Assembly (NCBI GenBank): GCA_965287045.1
Contig: OZ336883.1
Coordinates: forward strand, 39,990,001 to 40,054,000
Reading direction: 5' to 3'
Origin: Carcharhinus amblyrhynchos
Lineage: Eukaryota
DNA: 64,000 bases
Shown here: positions 24,204 through 34,943 of the stretch, one piece after another
How the letters are laid out: each line of letters starts with the position of its first letter
Numbering within the stretch: position 1 is the first letter of the stretch
The notes under the pieces: model-generated
What the model saw: only the letters and a program-made list of their open reading frames with translations
What the model was told of the DNA's origin: nothing
Database searches by the model: none
Program-made: the position numbers and the translations under genes

Positions 24204-25557
24204 GGCAGAATGATTGAGATCGGAGACGGCGGAGTGATTGAGATCGGAGACGGCGGAGTGATTGAGATCGGAGACGGCAGAGTGATTGAGATCGGAGACG
24301 GCGGAGTGATTGAGATCGGAGACGGCGGAGTGATTGAGATCGGAGACGGCAGAGTGATTGAGATCGGAGACGGCGGAGTGATTGAGATCGGAGACGGCGG
24401 AGTGATTGAGATCGGAGACGGCGGAGTGATTGAGATCGGAGACGGCAGAGTGATTGAGATCGGAGACGGCGGAGTGATTGAGATCGGAGACGGCAGAGTG
24501 ATTGAGATCGGAGACGGCAGAATGATTGAGATCGGAGACGGCGGAGTGATTGAGATCGGAGACGGCAGAGTGATTGAGATCGGAGACGGCGGAGTGATTG
24601 AGATCGGAGACGGCAGAATGATTGAGATCGGAGACGGCGGAGTGATTGAGATCGGAGACGGCGGAGTGATTGAGATCGGAGACGGCGGAGTGATTGAGAT
24701 CGGAGACGGCGGAGTGATTGAGATCGGAGACGGCGGAGTGATTGAGATCGGAGACGGCGGAGTGATTGAGATCGGAGACGGCAGAGTGATTGAGATCGGA
24801 GACGGCGGAGTGATTGAGATCGGAGATGGCAGAATGATTGAGATCGGAGACGGCAGAATGATTGAGATCGGAGACGGCGGAGTGATTGAGATCGGAGACG
24901 GCGGAGTGATTGAGATCGGAGACGGCGGAGTGATTGAGATCGGAGACGGCGGAGTGATTGAGATCGGAGACGGCGGAGTGATTGAGATCGGAGACGGCGG
25001 AGTGATTGAGATCGGAGACGGCGGAGTGATTGAGATCGGAGACGGCGGAGTGATTGAGATCGGAGACGGCGGAGTGATTGAGATCGGAGACGGCGGAGTG
25101 ATTGAGATCTGAGACGGCGGAGTGATTGAGATCGGAGACGGCGGAGTGATTGAGATCGGAGACGGCGGAGTGATTGAGATCGGAGACGGCGGAGTGATTG
25201 AGATCGGAGACGGCGGAGTGATTGAGATCGGAGACGGCGGAGTGATTGAGATCGGAGACGGCGGAATGATTGAGATCGGAGACGGCGGAGTGATTGAGAT
25301 CGGAGACGGCGGAGTGATTGAGATCGGAGACGGCGGAGTGATTGAGATCGGAGACGGCGGAGTGATTGAGATCGGAGACGGCGGAGTGATTGAGATCGGA
25401 GACGGCGGAGTGATTGAGATCGGAGACGGCGGAGTGATTGAGATCGGAGACGGCGGAGTGATTGAGATCGGAGACGGCGGAGTGATTGAGATCGGAAACG
25501 GCGGAGTGACTGAGATCGGAAACGGCGGAGTGATTGAGATTGGAGACGGCAGAGTGA
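24204..25557. repeat. Minisatellite, 24-bp unit, ~56 copies
   Basis: Unit GGCGGAGTGATTGAGATCGGAGAC with few variants; 8-aa periodicity in the ORFs. Confidence 0.99.
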
Positions 25558-25693
25558 GACAAACACAGGGATCTCAAAGGCTTGTGGGGCTGGAGGAGGC
25601 TCATGCTAGGAGGAGCAAAGCCATGAAACAAGAAGGGGAATATTAAAGCTGAGACATCATTGGAGCAGGAACTAATCAAGACCATCCGGCTCA

Positions 25694-25821
25694 GGGACGG
25701 GATTTTCCGACTGCGCTCACCCTGACATCAGAAAATCCTGCCCGAAGTCAATAGACCTGTGCGTGGTCCATGTTCTGTCCACTATGATTCCCACAGCGGG
25801 CTAGATGGGAAAATCTAGCCC
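25694..25821. mobile_element. ~130-bp MITE
   Basis: TIR-like ends GGGACGGGATTTTCC / GGAAAATCTAGCCC. Confidence 0.65.
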
Positions 25822-26419
25822 CTGGAGTGAGCGGCGAATGAGAATTTTGGATGAGCCCAGTTCATGCAGGATCGAAAAAAGGATGGCTGGCTGGAGAGAA
25901 TTAGAATATTCAAATCTAGAGTAACAAAGGCAAAAACAAATGTTTCAGCAGCCGATGAACTGAGGCAGGTTCGAAGTAAAAGCAAACATTACGGAGCTAG
26001 AAGTAGACAGTCTTTATGACAGTGTGGATATGTGGTCAGAAAATCCTCTCAGAGTCAAACATAACATTGAAACTGCAATCAGTTTTGTTCAGTGGAAGTA
26101 GGGATGGAGACCGTGGTCAGGAAATAGAGCTTATGATGGGGAACAAAGACAGTGGCTTCAGTCTGGAGAAGATTAGAATATTCCAATAGTTAGAAGAAAG
26201 TCATGCCAATCCATTATTGGATGTCAAACAAGCAGCATGATAAATCAGAACTAGTGGAGAGTCCAAAGAACTCGTGGTGAGGTAGACTATAGTGCCATTG
26301 GCACACATGTGGAACCAGATGTTATATTTCCTGATGATATTGCCAGGTGGTAGCATGTGCTTTAGAAACAGAAGGAAGCCAATGGTAGGTCTTTGCGGTA
26401 GGCAACTCTACCATTCATA

Positions 26420-26640
26420 GGGGTCCCATCCCCATAAATTCTCTCAAAGTGTGAAATCACAAACGACGAACTTGTGCACGCGCAGAGTTGGCACATGGAC
26501 AGTGTGTGCTTTCTACATGGGAATGACATGGGGAAGGTGAGAGTTTAACATTCTAAACTGCAGCTTTGGGCCCGCCAACCTGCGATTATGTGCACAATCA
26601 CATTTGCGCGGGTAAATAAATTCACGATAGAGGGGGCCAC
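26420..26640. mobile_element. Palindromic MITE-like insert in L2
   Basis: Nested complementary blocks TTGTGCAC/GTGCACAA and CGCAGAGTTGGC/GCCAACCTGCG. Confidence 0.4.
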
Positions 26641-27539
26641 GAATGCTGGAAGTTGACTGTACTCCAGAGATAACAGTGCAGAAGAAGAAAGGGACAACAT
26701 TGGGGGTAATTCTCTGGCGACAATGAGACAGAAAATAATGAATTAAAGTGGCATTAGAGGAGGAGATAAAATAGAAGAGATGGTTTATCATGGTCACAAA
26801 GAATTTGTAACTTTGACCAAGCACTATTACTGTGGCTGAAAATTTGACTGGAGGGATTCAATCATGGAACTGGGGAAAAGATGTGAATACCTTTGGAAAG
26901 CAAGAACAAGTTCAAGACCTTTGAAGAGGAAAGGGAAACTAGAGATGCAGCAGTAATTTGCAAGGATAGTGGACACTTGCATTGTTTTTTTTGGGAGAAG
27001 GTTGATGAAAGCAAATTTGAAAGGAGGCTGGGGGGGGGGAATGTTGGTGCAAGGAAATTAAAGGGCTCGCAAAGGGAAGCTTAGTTGTCAACAGTTTCAG
27101 AAATGGATTGAGGAAAGCAGGAAGTGACATCAGGAAGAACATTGCAGTAGATGAATAGAATCCACAGAAAGATGTGAGTTCAGGGCTTGCGTATGTACTA
27201 GGGAACATTTGGGGCAAGTTTTACTTAAGGACAAGGAGTGGAAGGGCAGTGGCAGAGGTAGTTGAATAGACACCCTTGTGACTAAAAGTTCCCTGATCTC
27301 CTCGTAAACATTGTCGGAGGTGAGGGTGGCTTAAGAATATGGATTGTGCTGGACAAAAAAAGCGAGGCATTAACTTTTCATTCTTAGATAATCTTTAAGT
27401 AATGATCACTGTTAGCAATGGAGAGCCAATAATAGTTTAAGTGGTCCAGGCAGATCTGTCCATAGATGGTTAAAAAGCTGGTTGCCAAAGATATTCAAAT
27501 TTGGGCCCCTTGGGCTTAAGGGAACGGAGATGAGTTGCA

Positions 27540-27960
27540 TCCAATGAAATAGCTTTGCCTGACTATCTTGAATTTATCTAAGTGCCCTGCTATATTGTCT
27601 TTAATGACAGAGTCGAACATTTTCCCAGTGACAGCTAACTGGCCTGTAGTTTCCTGCTTTCTGTCTCCCTCCTTTTTGAATAAAGGAGTTACATTCACTA
27701 TTCTCCAATCAAGTGGAACCTTCTCCAAATCTAGTAAAATTAAAAACAACGCATCAACTATCTCACTCGCCACTTCTTTCAAGACCCCACAATGAAGTCC
27801 ATCAGAACTTGGGGACTTGTAAACTTGCAGATCCAGCTGTCGCCTTAGTACCACTTCCCTGCTGACTGTAATTTTCTTGAATTCCTCCTCCCTTCTAATT
27901 TCTGCTCTAGATTATTTCTGGATGTTACTTGTGTCCTTCATAGTGAATGAAGACAGAATC
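27540..27960 (-). mobile_element. Old CR1 ORF2 internal fragment
   Basis: KSPSSDGLH...VLKEVASEI...VPLDWRIVNVTPLFKK. Confidence 0.85.
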
Positions 27961-27999
27961 AAAAAACCTATCTTCGAAAAACCTTGTGAATCAAGTTGA

Positions 28000-28440
28000 T
28001 GACAAAAGAATAATCCTCCACGACACAGACATGGAATGAATGGGGGTTATGATAATCTCACATCAGACTGCCCAAATAGATGTTTTACTCAGAGCTACAT
28101 CAGGGAACCCTTTCGGATGCGGGCCTAAGAAAACATTTTAAAGACAATCTCAAAACCTCCATGAAGGTCTACTCCAATAATATCAACAGATGGAATTCAC
28201 ACATCCAATCATAATCTACATTGCCATCCATCACCAGCACCAGAGACAGAAAGAGAGGACAGTTTCTCCAGCCAACAAACCACAATCACCTGTGTGAAAG
28301 TCAGCAAGGAGAAGATAAGGTGCATAAGCCATCTGAGAACCCACAATTACCAGTGGCATCTCACTTCTGTCCCGTCATCCACAAGGAAGAATCTATCTTG
28401 ACACGTGAGTTTTCTGATGATGATTATACTATTCTGAAGT
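28000..28440 (+). mobile_element. RTE-clade LINE 3' remnant
   Basis: RLPK*MFYSELHQG...KHFKDNLKTSMK. Confidence 0.65.
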
Positions 28441-28879
28441 GGATTAGCAAGCACTGAGTTTCATACCACTACAAACAGGACTGAACAAAGAACAAAAACA
28501 GCCCAGGAAACAGGCCCTTCGGCCCAACGAGTGGTTAAATATAGCTTCGAACAGCAAGCTAGAGAATAGAGCTGGTGAAATAAATGTAGTCCTTGCCAGC
28601 AACATCCATATCCTGGGAATGAATTCGAAAACTCAGCATTAAACACTTTGCAAGGCTAAATTTCCATCAGTGATATTCGCCTTTAAGTATATTTTTTGAC
28701 AGAACAAGTATGAGTTGAAAATTGAATAATTTGCATTCTGGTGAGAATTAGGAATGTTATATCTGATCTCTGCCCCCGCGGGTACCAGGCCCTAAGAAGT
28801 GTTAGTGATCATGGACTTCCATTGGATTGGTCCATGATCACGCTTGGAGAAGTATTTGCTACTTCTGCAGTACAGCTGA

Positions 28880-30337
28880 CCGAGAATCTCTCCCACCCTT
28901 GCCACCCGCTGCCAGATATATTGGAAGGATTTCTGGCTGAAAATCAATGGGTGGAATTGGGTGGCGGGCAGTTCCGCTGGTGCTGTTCTCATTGGCCGGA
29001 ACGGCGTGAACCCTTGTGCGATTCCGCGCTTGCAGCCTCATTAATTATGCACAAGTAAGCATCTCTCTGAATCGCCTGATGGGTCAGGAGCTGATTCGTC
29101 TGCCTGTCATCAGCTGGCAGGTTCAAAGTGGAGGAACCAGATTTAACCTCCAGTCCAGCACACTCAGATCACTCTCTGCAGCCTAGCTGTCTTCTTGGGA
29201 TTGTACAAGATGCCTGGAGCCCGAAAGCTTGCAGGCTCAAGAAAGAGTCTGCCTCCCAATTCAATCACCAGGCCTCAAAGCCTTGATTTAAGGAGCTTGG
29301 GGACAGAGGCATGTCCTCTATCCTAAGGAAGGCTCCAGGAAGCACATCAAATCAACCTCACCTCTCCAGCCTGAGAGGCCACTGCCCGAGAGGTCAGTGT
29401 GATTGACCACAGCAGAAGTGCCACACAATACAGGAAGTAGATGAATGATTTCATCCACTCTGCCAGAGTAAGTCCCTCTTAGCTCCCTCTATTATCAAAT
29501 TTTCAGCTTGGCATCATGTACTCAAACAGCACAGTGGCACAGTGGTTAGCACTGCTGCCTCACAGCGCCAGGGACCCACGTTCGATTCCCAGCTTGGGTC
29601 ACTGTCTATGTGGAGTTTGCACGTTCTCCCCATGTCTGCTTGGGTTTCCTCCAGGTGCTCCAGTTTCCTCCCACAATCTGAAACATCCACTGATCAGGTG
29701 CATTGACCCAAACAAGCATCGGACCATGGTGACTAGGGGAATTTCACAGTAACTTCATTGCAGTGTTAATGTAAGCCCATTTGTGACTAATAAATAAACT
29801 TAAACTTAAAAAAAAAGAATCTCTGCCTGCGATTGTGCGCTCTCATCTACTTCCAGGTTGTCCCCCTTGCCTTCTTACACACACCCCCAGCCCTCCAACC
29901 TCACTCCCACCTCCGGATAACCTTCAGTCCCACAGCAAGGCGTGGAGCTAGAGATCTGCCCTAGCAGAGTGGTATTCATCTCTACAGGAGCAGCACAGTG
30001 CTATGGTAGATAGGCTATGTATGTTGCAATCACCTCAAAGTCAGAAGCAAACTGAGATCCACCTTGTGCATGCAACTCTTTTCCAGATGGAATTGACACC
30101 AATGTGATTCCCTGCTGGTAAGATTGGAAGACCTGCCAAGATTTTGGCAATCTGGTGTTTTAATGAACTTTCGTGAGATGCAAATGACATTCATGCCACC
30201 AGCAGGAGTACTGAGCGGCCATTACATCAGGAGAATTTCAAACTGTTCCTATGCTGGTGGGTTTCCAACTTTCTGGCTCCCACCGGATTCTCCACTCCTG
30301 TCTGCCACCAAACCAGCCACGAGCAGAATTCCACCCA
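28880..30337 (+). mobile_element. Internally deleted Harbinger-like element with Myb/SANT remnant
   Basis: RHVLYP...RSATQYRK*MNDFIHSAR|GTAAGT (~29300-29470); right end CAGAATTCCACCC. Confidence 0.6.
29528..29810 (+). mobile_element. HE1-like V-SINE, type-B tail
   Basis: Head, core and GTGACTAATAAATAAACTTAAAC tail. Confidence 0.9.
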
Positions 30338-30689
30338 ATGTGTCAGGCCACATCCTGAATGCACGTTCCGTGGCCATCCAGTCCTGAAGTGGGACTAGAG
30401 CCCACAGCTTCCGGCCCAGAAGTAATGACACTACAACTGCACCATAAGACCTTCCTACCATAGCTAAACCAGAGAATATTATTGCAACAAGTTGTAACTT
30501 TCTGAACTTTTTAATGAGATTAGTGAAATCACAATACTCTGTGAGTTTCTACACGTTTTCAGTTTATGAACAGAGCACAGCTTTTGTACATGGCGCTATT
30601 GATTTACTCTTACAACCCAACTATGGACTGTTAAACCATTAATAGTGGAGCAAAATCCAATTCCAATAGTATAGCAGCGTATCAGTTTG

Positions 30690-30847
30690 GGCTGATGGTC
30701 TCCTGCCGCGCTCACCACAGCCACAATTTGAATCCAGGCCTTCTTGGTTGCTACAAGTGGATTACGTTGGCCAGCTGGGCACAGGACTGGTCTCCTTTTC
30801 TGGATCTCTTCCACGGCAGTCCTGAGCAGAAAATTGAGTCTTGGCAA
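30690..30847 (-). pseudogene. Harbinger-type Myb/SANT-like protein remnant
   Basis: AVEEIQKRRPVLCP...TKKAWIQIVAVVSA. Confidence 0.6.
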
Positions 30848-31160
30848 TGAATTACATGACCACAGAATAACTGTACCCAGTCGTGGTGGATGATGCTATC
30901 TCATGGCTGTATCCTGAGAATCCACTCCACATTTTCAGTGTTTGGTTGAGAACACTTTGAACAGGCAGCAACAATGACAATTCTTCCACAGGGAAAGCCC
31001 ATGATTGGCCATCCTTTCCAGGGTCAGCTAACAGTTGGACAACATTTACAGCTTTGATCCTCACCTGACAAGTCAACTATGTCTGCTCAAGGAGCTTGGT
31101 CATTGACAACCAACTTTTCAAATGAGCCTTTCAGAAGGCCCATTTTTATCACTGGGATAA

Positions 31161-31510
31161 AATGGCCTAGTGGTATTATCGTGGACGATTGATCCAGAGG
31201 CTCAGCTAATGTTCTGGGGATGCAAGTTCGAATCCCGCCATTGCAGATGGTGGAATCTGAATTCAATGAGGAAATATCTGGAATTAAGAATATACAGATG
31301 ACCACAAAACCATTGTTCATTGTCAGAGAAACCCAGCTGGTTCACTAATGTCTTTTAGGGAAGGAAAGCTGCTGTCCTTATGCAGTCTGGGCAAGATATG
31401 AATCCAGAGCCACAGCAATGTGATTGACTCTTAGCTGCCCTCCGAGGGCAACTATGGATGGGCAACAAATGTTGGCCAGCCAGTGATGCCCATATCCCAC
31501 GAATGAACAG
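31161..31510 (+). mobile_element. Second tRNA-derived SINE family, full length
   Basis: A/B-box-like head, core, and tail GCCCATATCCCACGAATGAA. Confidence 0.85.
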
Positions 31511-31961
31511 GAAAAAAAAGATTAACTGTGCCCAAGTTGCCCAATCGATGCCAGGAATCCCGCCGACCTCTAACTATTTCCAGATTGCCCACCCCCCTCC
31601 ACCTCTGTTCTCCAATTCACCACCCCCCGACCAAAAATTGGAAGTTTGGGCAACTATTTTAGCAGTTGGTTTTGCAGAGCCCGGAATTCTCCTGACTTTG
31701 TGCGCTTGATTTACAGGCAGAAATCCAGGCCGTGCATTTATATAGTATCTGTCACAACCTCAAGAGATTGCAAGGTGATTTACAGCCAATAAAGTAATGC
31801 AGGACACATGGCAGTCAATTTGCACAAGACAAACTCCCACTAACTACTACATGATCATGAGCTGATTAACCTTTTTTTATGAAATGTTGATTGAAAGATA
31901 AATATTGGTCAGGGCACATTTTTCGTTGCTCTATATTGAAAATGTGAGATGGATCATTTAT

Positions 31962-32790
31962 GGGTGGGTGGCACAGTGGCGTAGTGGTTAACATTGCTGC
32001 AACCCAGGAGAAAAAGTCATAGGACATTAAAAAATGATTTCTTTTTAGTTCCTTTGAACACATTAGTTTATTGTTTATGAAAATATTGGAGATGTTGGGA
32101 TGGGGAGGAATAAATGTCGGACAGGAAAGTTGAAAGCAAGAGGCCATTTGATTAAATTCTAGGCCTAAATCCAGTGAGAGTTGGCAACTTTGACCACAGG
32201 AGGCCACCCTGCTGCCCATCCATAAATAATCCTATTTCACATTTTCAGTACAGAGCAACACAAAATGTGCCCGAACCAATATATATCCCTAAATCGTCAT
32301 TTCACAAAGAAGTTAATCTGCTCGTGATTATAACTGCAAAATACTGCAGATGCTGGAATCTGAAAGAAAAACAGAAAATGCTGGAAAATCAGCTCTGACG
32401 AAGGGTCATCCAGACTCAAAACATTGGCTCTATTCTCTCGCCACAGAACCTACCATGTCGGCCCTGGAAACGAATGGCTGCAGCAGATTAACTGAGACTA
32501 AACGTCCTTGCTGGGCATTGCCACGCTTCAGTTCTGGCCTCGGGTGATTGTCTGTGTGGAGTTTGTACCTTTATCCCATATCTGCGTGAGTTTCCTCCGG
32601 GCGCTCTGGTTTCCCCCCCACATTCCAAAGATGTGCAGGTTAGGTTGGTTGGCCATGATAAATTATCCCCTGGTGTGAGGAGATTCAGCAGAGTAATAAT
32701 GTGGGTTACGGGCATGGGGCCTCAGTGGGATTGTTGTTGGTGCAGACTCGATGGGCCGAATGGCCTCCTTCTGCTCTGTAGCGATTGTGG
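31962..32790 (+). mobile_element. HE1-like V-SINE, split by a templated mosaic insertion
   Basis: Head at 31962-32000 resumes at ~32527 (TTCAGTTCTGGCCTCGGGTG). Confidence 0.88.
31999..32521. repeat. Mosaic of three inverted copies of nearby sequence
   Basis: 31999-32202 = rc(33608-33820); 32203-32331 = rc(31851-31980); 32330-32521 = rc(33315-33506). Confidence 0.9.
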
Positions 32791-33388
32791 TTCACCCAAG
32801 AAAGCAGACAGGGCCTTGGTGTAATCTCTTATCTGAAAGATAGCGCCTCCAACAAGCAGCACTCCACCAGCACTGCACTGGTTTGATTTTTGTCTCTGGA
32901 GTGGGCCTCAGAGCCACGATCTTCAGACTGAGGGACGGGAGTGCTAGCAGCTGAACCAAATCTGACACACTAACACTGCAGCACCCATTTTATAGCACAA
33001 ATACGACCAAATCTTTAAGTGCACAGTGGATAAAATTACACGACTGGATGAGGAGTGTAGATATAAGAAAAATTCTAAATACTGGAAGTCCAAAATAAAG
33101 ATTTGAAGCATTAGCAATTCAGAGCAGGCCATTCAACATCTGAGAGGGAAAGGTGGCTTAATGTTTTGGGCGTGATCCTTTATCACAAACTGATAAAATA
33201 TACTCTGATTAAACAGAAAAATAAACATTTCAAAAATCATGTTTTTTTCCCCCTTATTTAACTTGAAAATGACCCTCAGCAGCTGTAGCTCCAGCAGTGT
33301 TACAGAGCAACTGCGCAATGCCCAGCAAGGAAGTTTAGTCTCAGTTAATCTGCTGCAGCCATTCATTTCCAGAGCAGACATGGTAGGC

Positions 33389-33504
33389 TCTGTGGAGAGA
33401 GAATAGAGCTAACGTTTCGAGTCTGGATGACCCTTCGTCAGAGCTGATTTTCCAGCATTTTCTGTTTTTCTTTCAGATTCCAGCATCCGCAGTATTTTGC
33501 CGTT
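33389..33504 (-). mobile_element. Short Penelope-like terminal-repeat fragment with hammerhead-like core
   Basis: Minus strand AAATACTGCGGATGCTGGAATCTGAAA...CTGACGAAGGGTCATCCAGACTCGAAACGTT; flanked by direct repeat ATGGTAGG. Confidence 0.65.
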
Positions 33505-34789
33505 ATGGTAGGTTCTGGGTAATTTGAAACAAGACTTCCAATCAAGAGCACTTTAAGTTTTGCATGAGGGTTCACTGTTTTTTGTATCCTTTATGAATTA
33601 GCAAAAACTCCAGTAGTCAGAGTTCTCAACTCTCACTAGATTTAGGTCTGGAATTTAATCAAATGGCCTCTTGCTTTCAGCCACCCTTCCTGTCCAGCAT
33701 TTATTCCTCCCTATCCCAACATCTTCCAATATTTTTTATGAACAATAAATTAACGTGTTCAAAGAAAATGAAAAAGGACTGTTTTTTTAAAATGTTCTAT
33801 GTCTTTTTCTCCTGGGTTGCTCGTAACAATGTCCAGGAGGTAAATGTATAATTCCTGAAGTCATTGGGGAAATTCTGAATGGTTGGCAACACTACCTCTA
33901 ATGTAATTTGACGCAAGACAAACAGAAAGAAAACATTCTTTAAGAGCCTAGTATGTGCGAACTGTGTTATTGAAAACCCTCATTTAACGAGATCCTTTGC
34001 TCGTGCACCAAATTATCCCACAAAATGGGGGGGTGGGGGAACACTGTTAAATGGGGTGCATGACTATTGCAGTGCTGTTGTCATTGAAGTCATAGTGCAA
34101 TACTGTTTCATTTTTCAGATTATTTGTAGTTTGCTGTTTAAGTTGCTCTCAAACTACTGATTACAAAGCATTAAAGGAATGAACACTTAGGCAAGAAAAT
34201 CTGACTCGAAAATTTGCAAACACTTGCTCTCGATATGAGTTGATGTGTTTCTTAGTTCAAAACTCCCCGTTAATACTGGGTTATTGTAATTGTAAAGATT
34301 ACAGTAGGAAAGCTGTCAATAAGATAAAACTAGACAATCCATTTTATCTGAAGGACTTAGTCAATTACAATGAAAATTATCTGTTTCCTCTGCAATATTC
34401 CCAACTGAACAAAAACTGTAACTGTAGTAAGATTGGTAAGAACGTCCTATACAAATATTTATTTAAAATATTACATTGGGGGAAGGGAGCAGAGGCAAAT
34501 TACTCAATGGCAGTTTCACACCAGACCCAGTAACATTTTACTCTAGTAGTTTATTCTAGGCGATGTTTCAGCAAACGAAAGATCAATAAGTCTTCGCCTT
34601 TGCAACTATCACAAGCAAATATTCTTTTCAGCAACATTTGTGTTCAAAATCCACTGCAATTAAAATTATTTTACATTTTTTTAATGATCCCAAAATGTCC
34701 TGATTATCTGTTTAAAATGCCTGACAGTGCAATGAGGAACTGGGTGCATAATTTACAAATCTTTAGCAAAAGTTAGATGTAACAATTAC

Positions 34790-34943
34790 AGAATTTAAGT
34801 GTTTTAACATTGTAGACATCTCTCTGCCAGTACTGCTGATTTTATCCCTGCATGTTTGAAGCCGTTGTTCCAGTTTTATTTTTGTACTGTTCAATTCCTT
34901 TTCTACCTGTGTACTCTGTTGCTTTTGTCCTTCAAAATGTAAT
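34790..34943 (-). CDS. Candidate exon of an unidentified coiled-coil protein
   Basis: Acceptor TTTATTTCTGCAAGTTTTAG; open 51 codons (LHFEGQKQQSTQVEKELNSTKIKLEQRLQTCRDKISSTGREMSTMLKHLNS); then GTAATT donor, or a stop at 34763; lies in a TE-poor block. Confidence 0.4.

Larger units (their letters stand above)
23688..27460 (-). mobile_element. Old L2 LINE, heavily interrupted
   Basis: L2-type 3' end (CTTGTATTTAT...CAAAACATCCCAAGGTGCTT...GGTCAAAGAAGTAG) and a long purine-rich + strand typical of antisense L2 ORF2. Confidence 0.65.
31732..32962 (-). mobile_element. Old Deu-type SINE, interrupted by HE1
   Basis: GCAGACAGGGCCTTGGT...ATCTGAAAGATAGCGCCTCC core and TGCATTTATATAG tail; family name from recalled consensus. 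Confidence 0.55.

Noticed and set aside
24204-25557. CRISPR-like array
   Set aside because: Head-to-tail units without unique spacers, no cas genes, vertebrate context
24096-25685. 529-aa, 456-aa, 306-aa and 174-aa repeat ORFs (including repeated NHS sequons) as real genes
   Set aside because: All are readings of one 24-bp array, flanked by decayed L2; synonymous positions are not preferentially varied and there is no splice or promoter context
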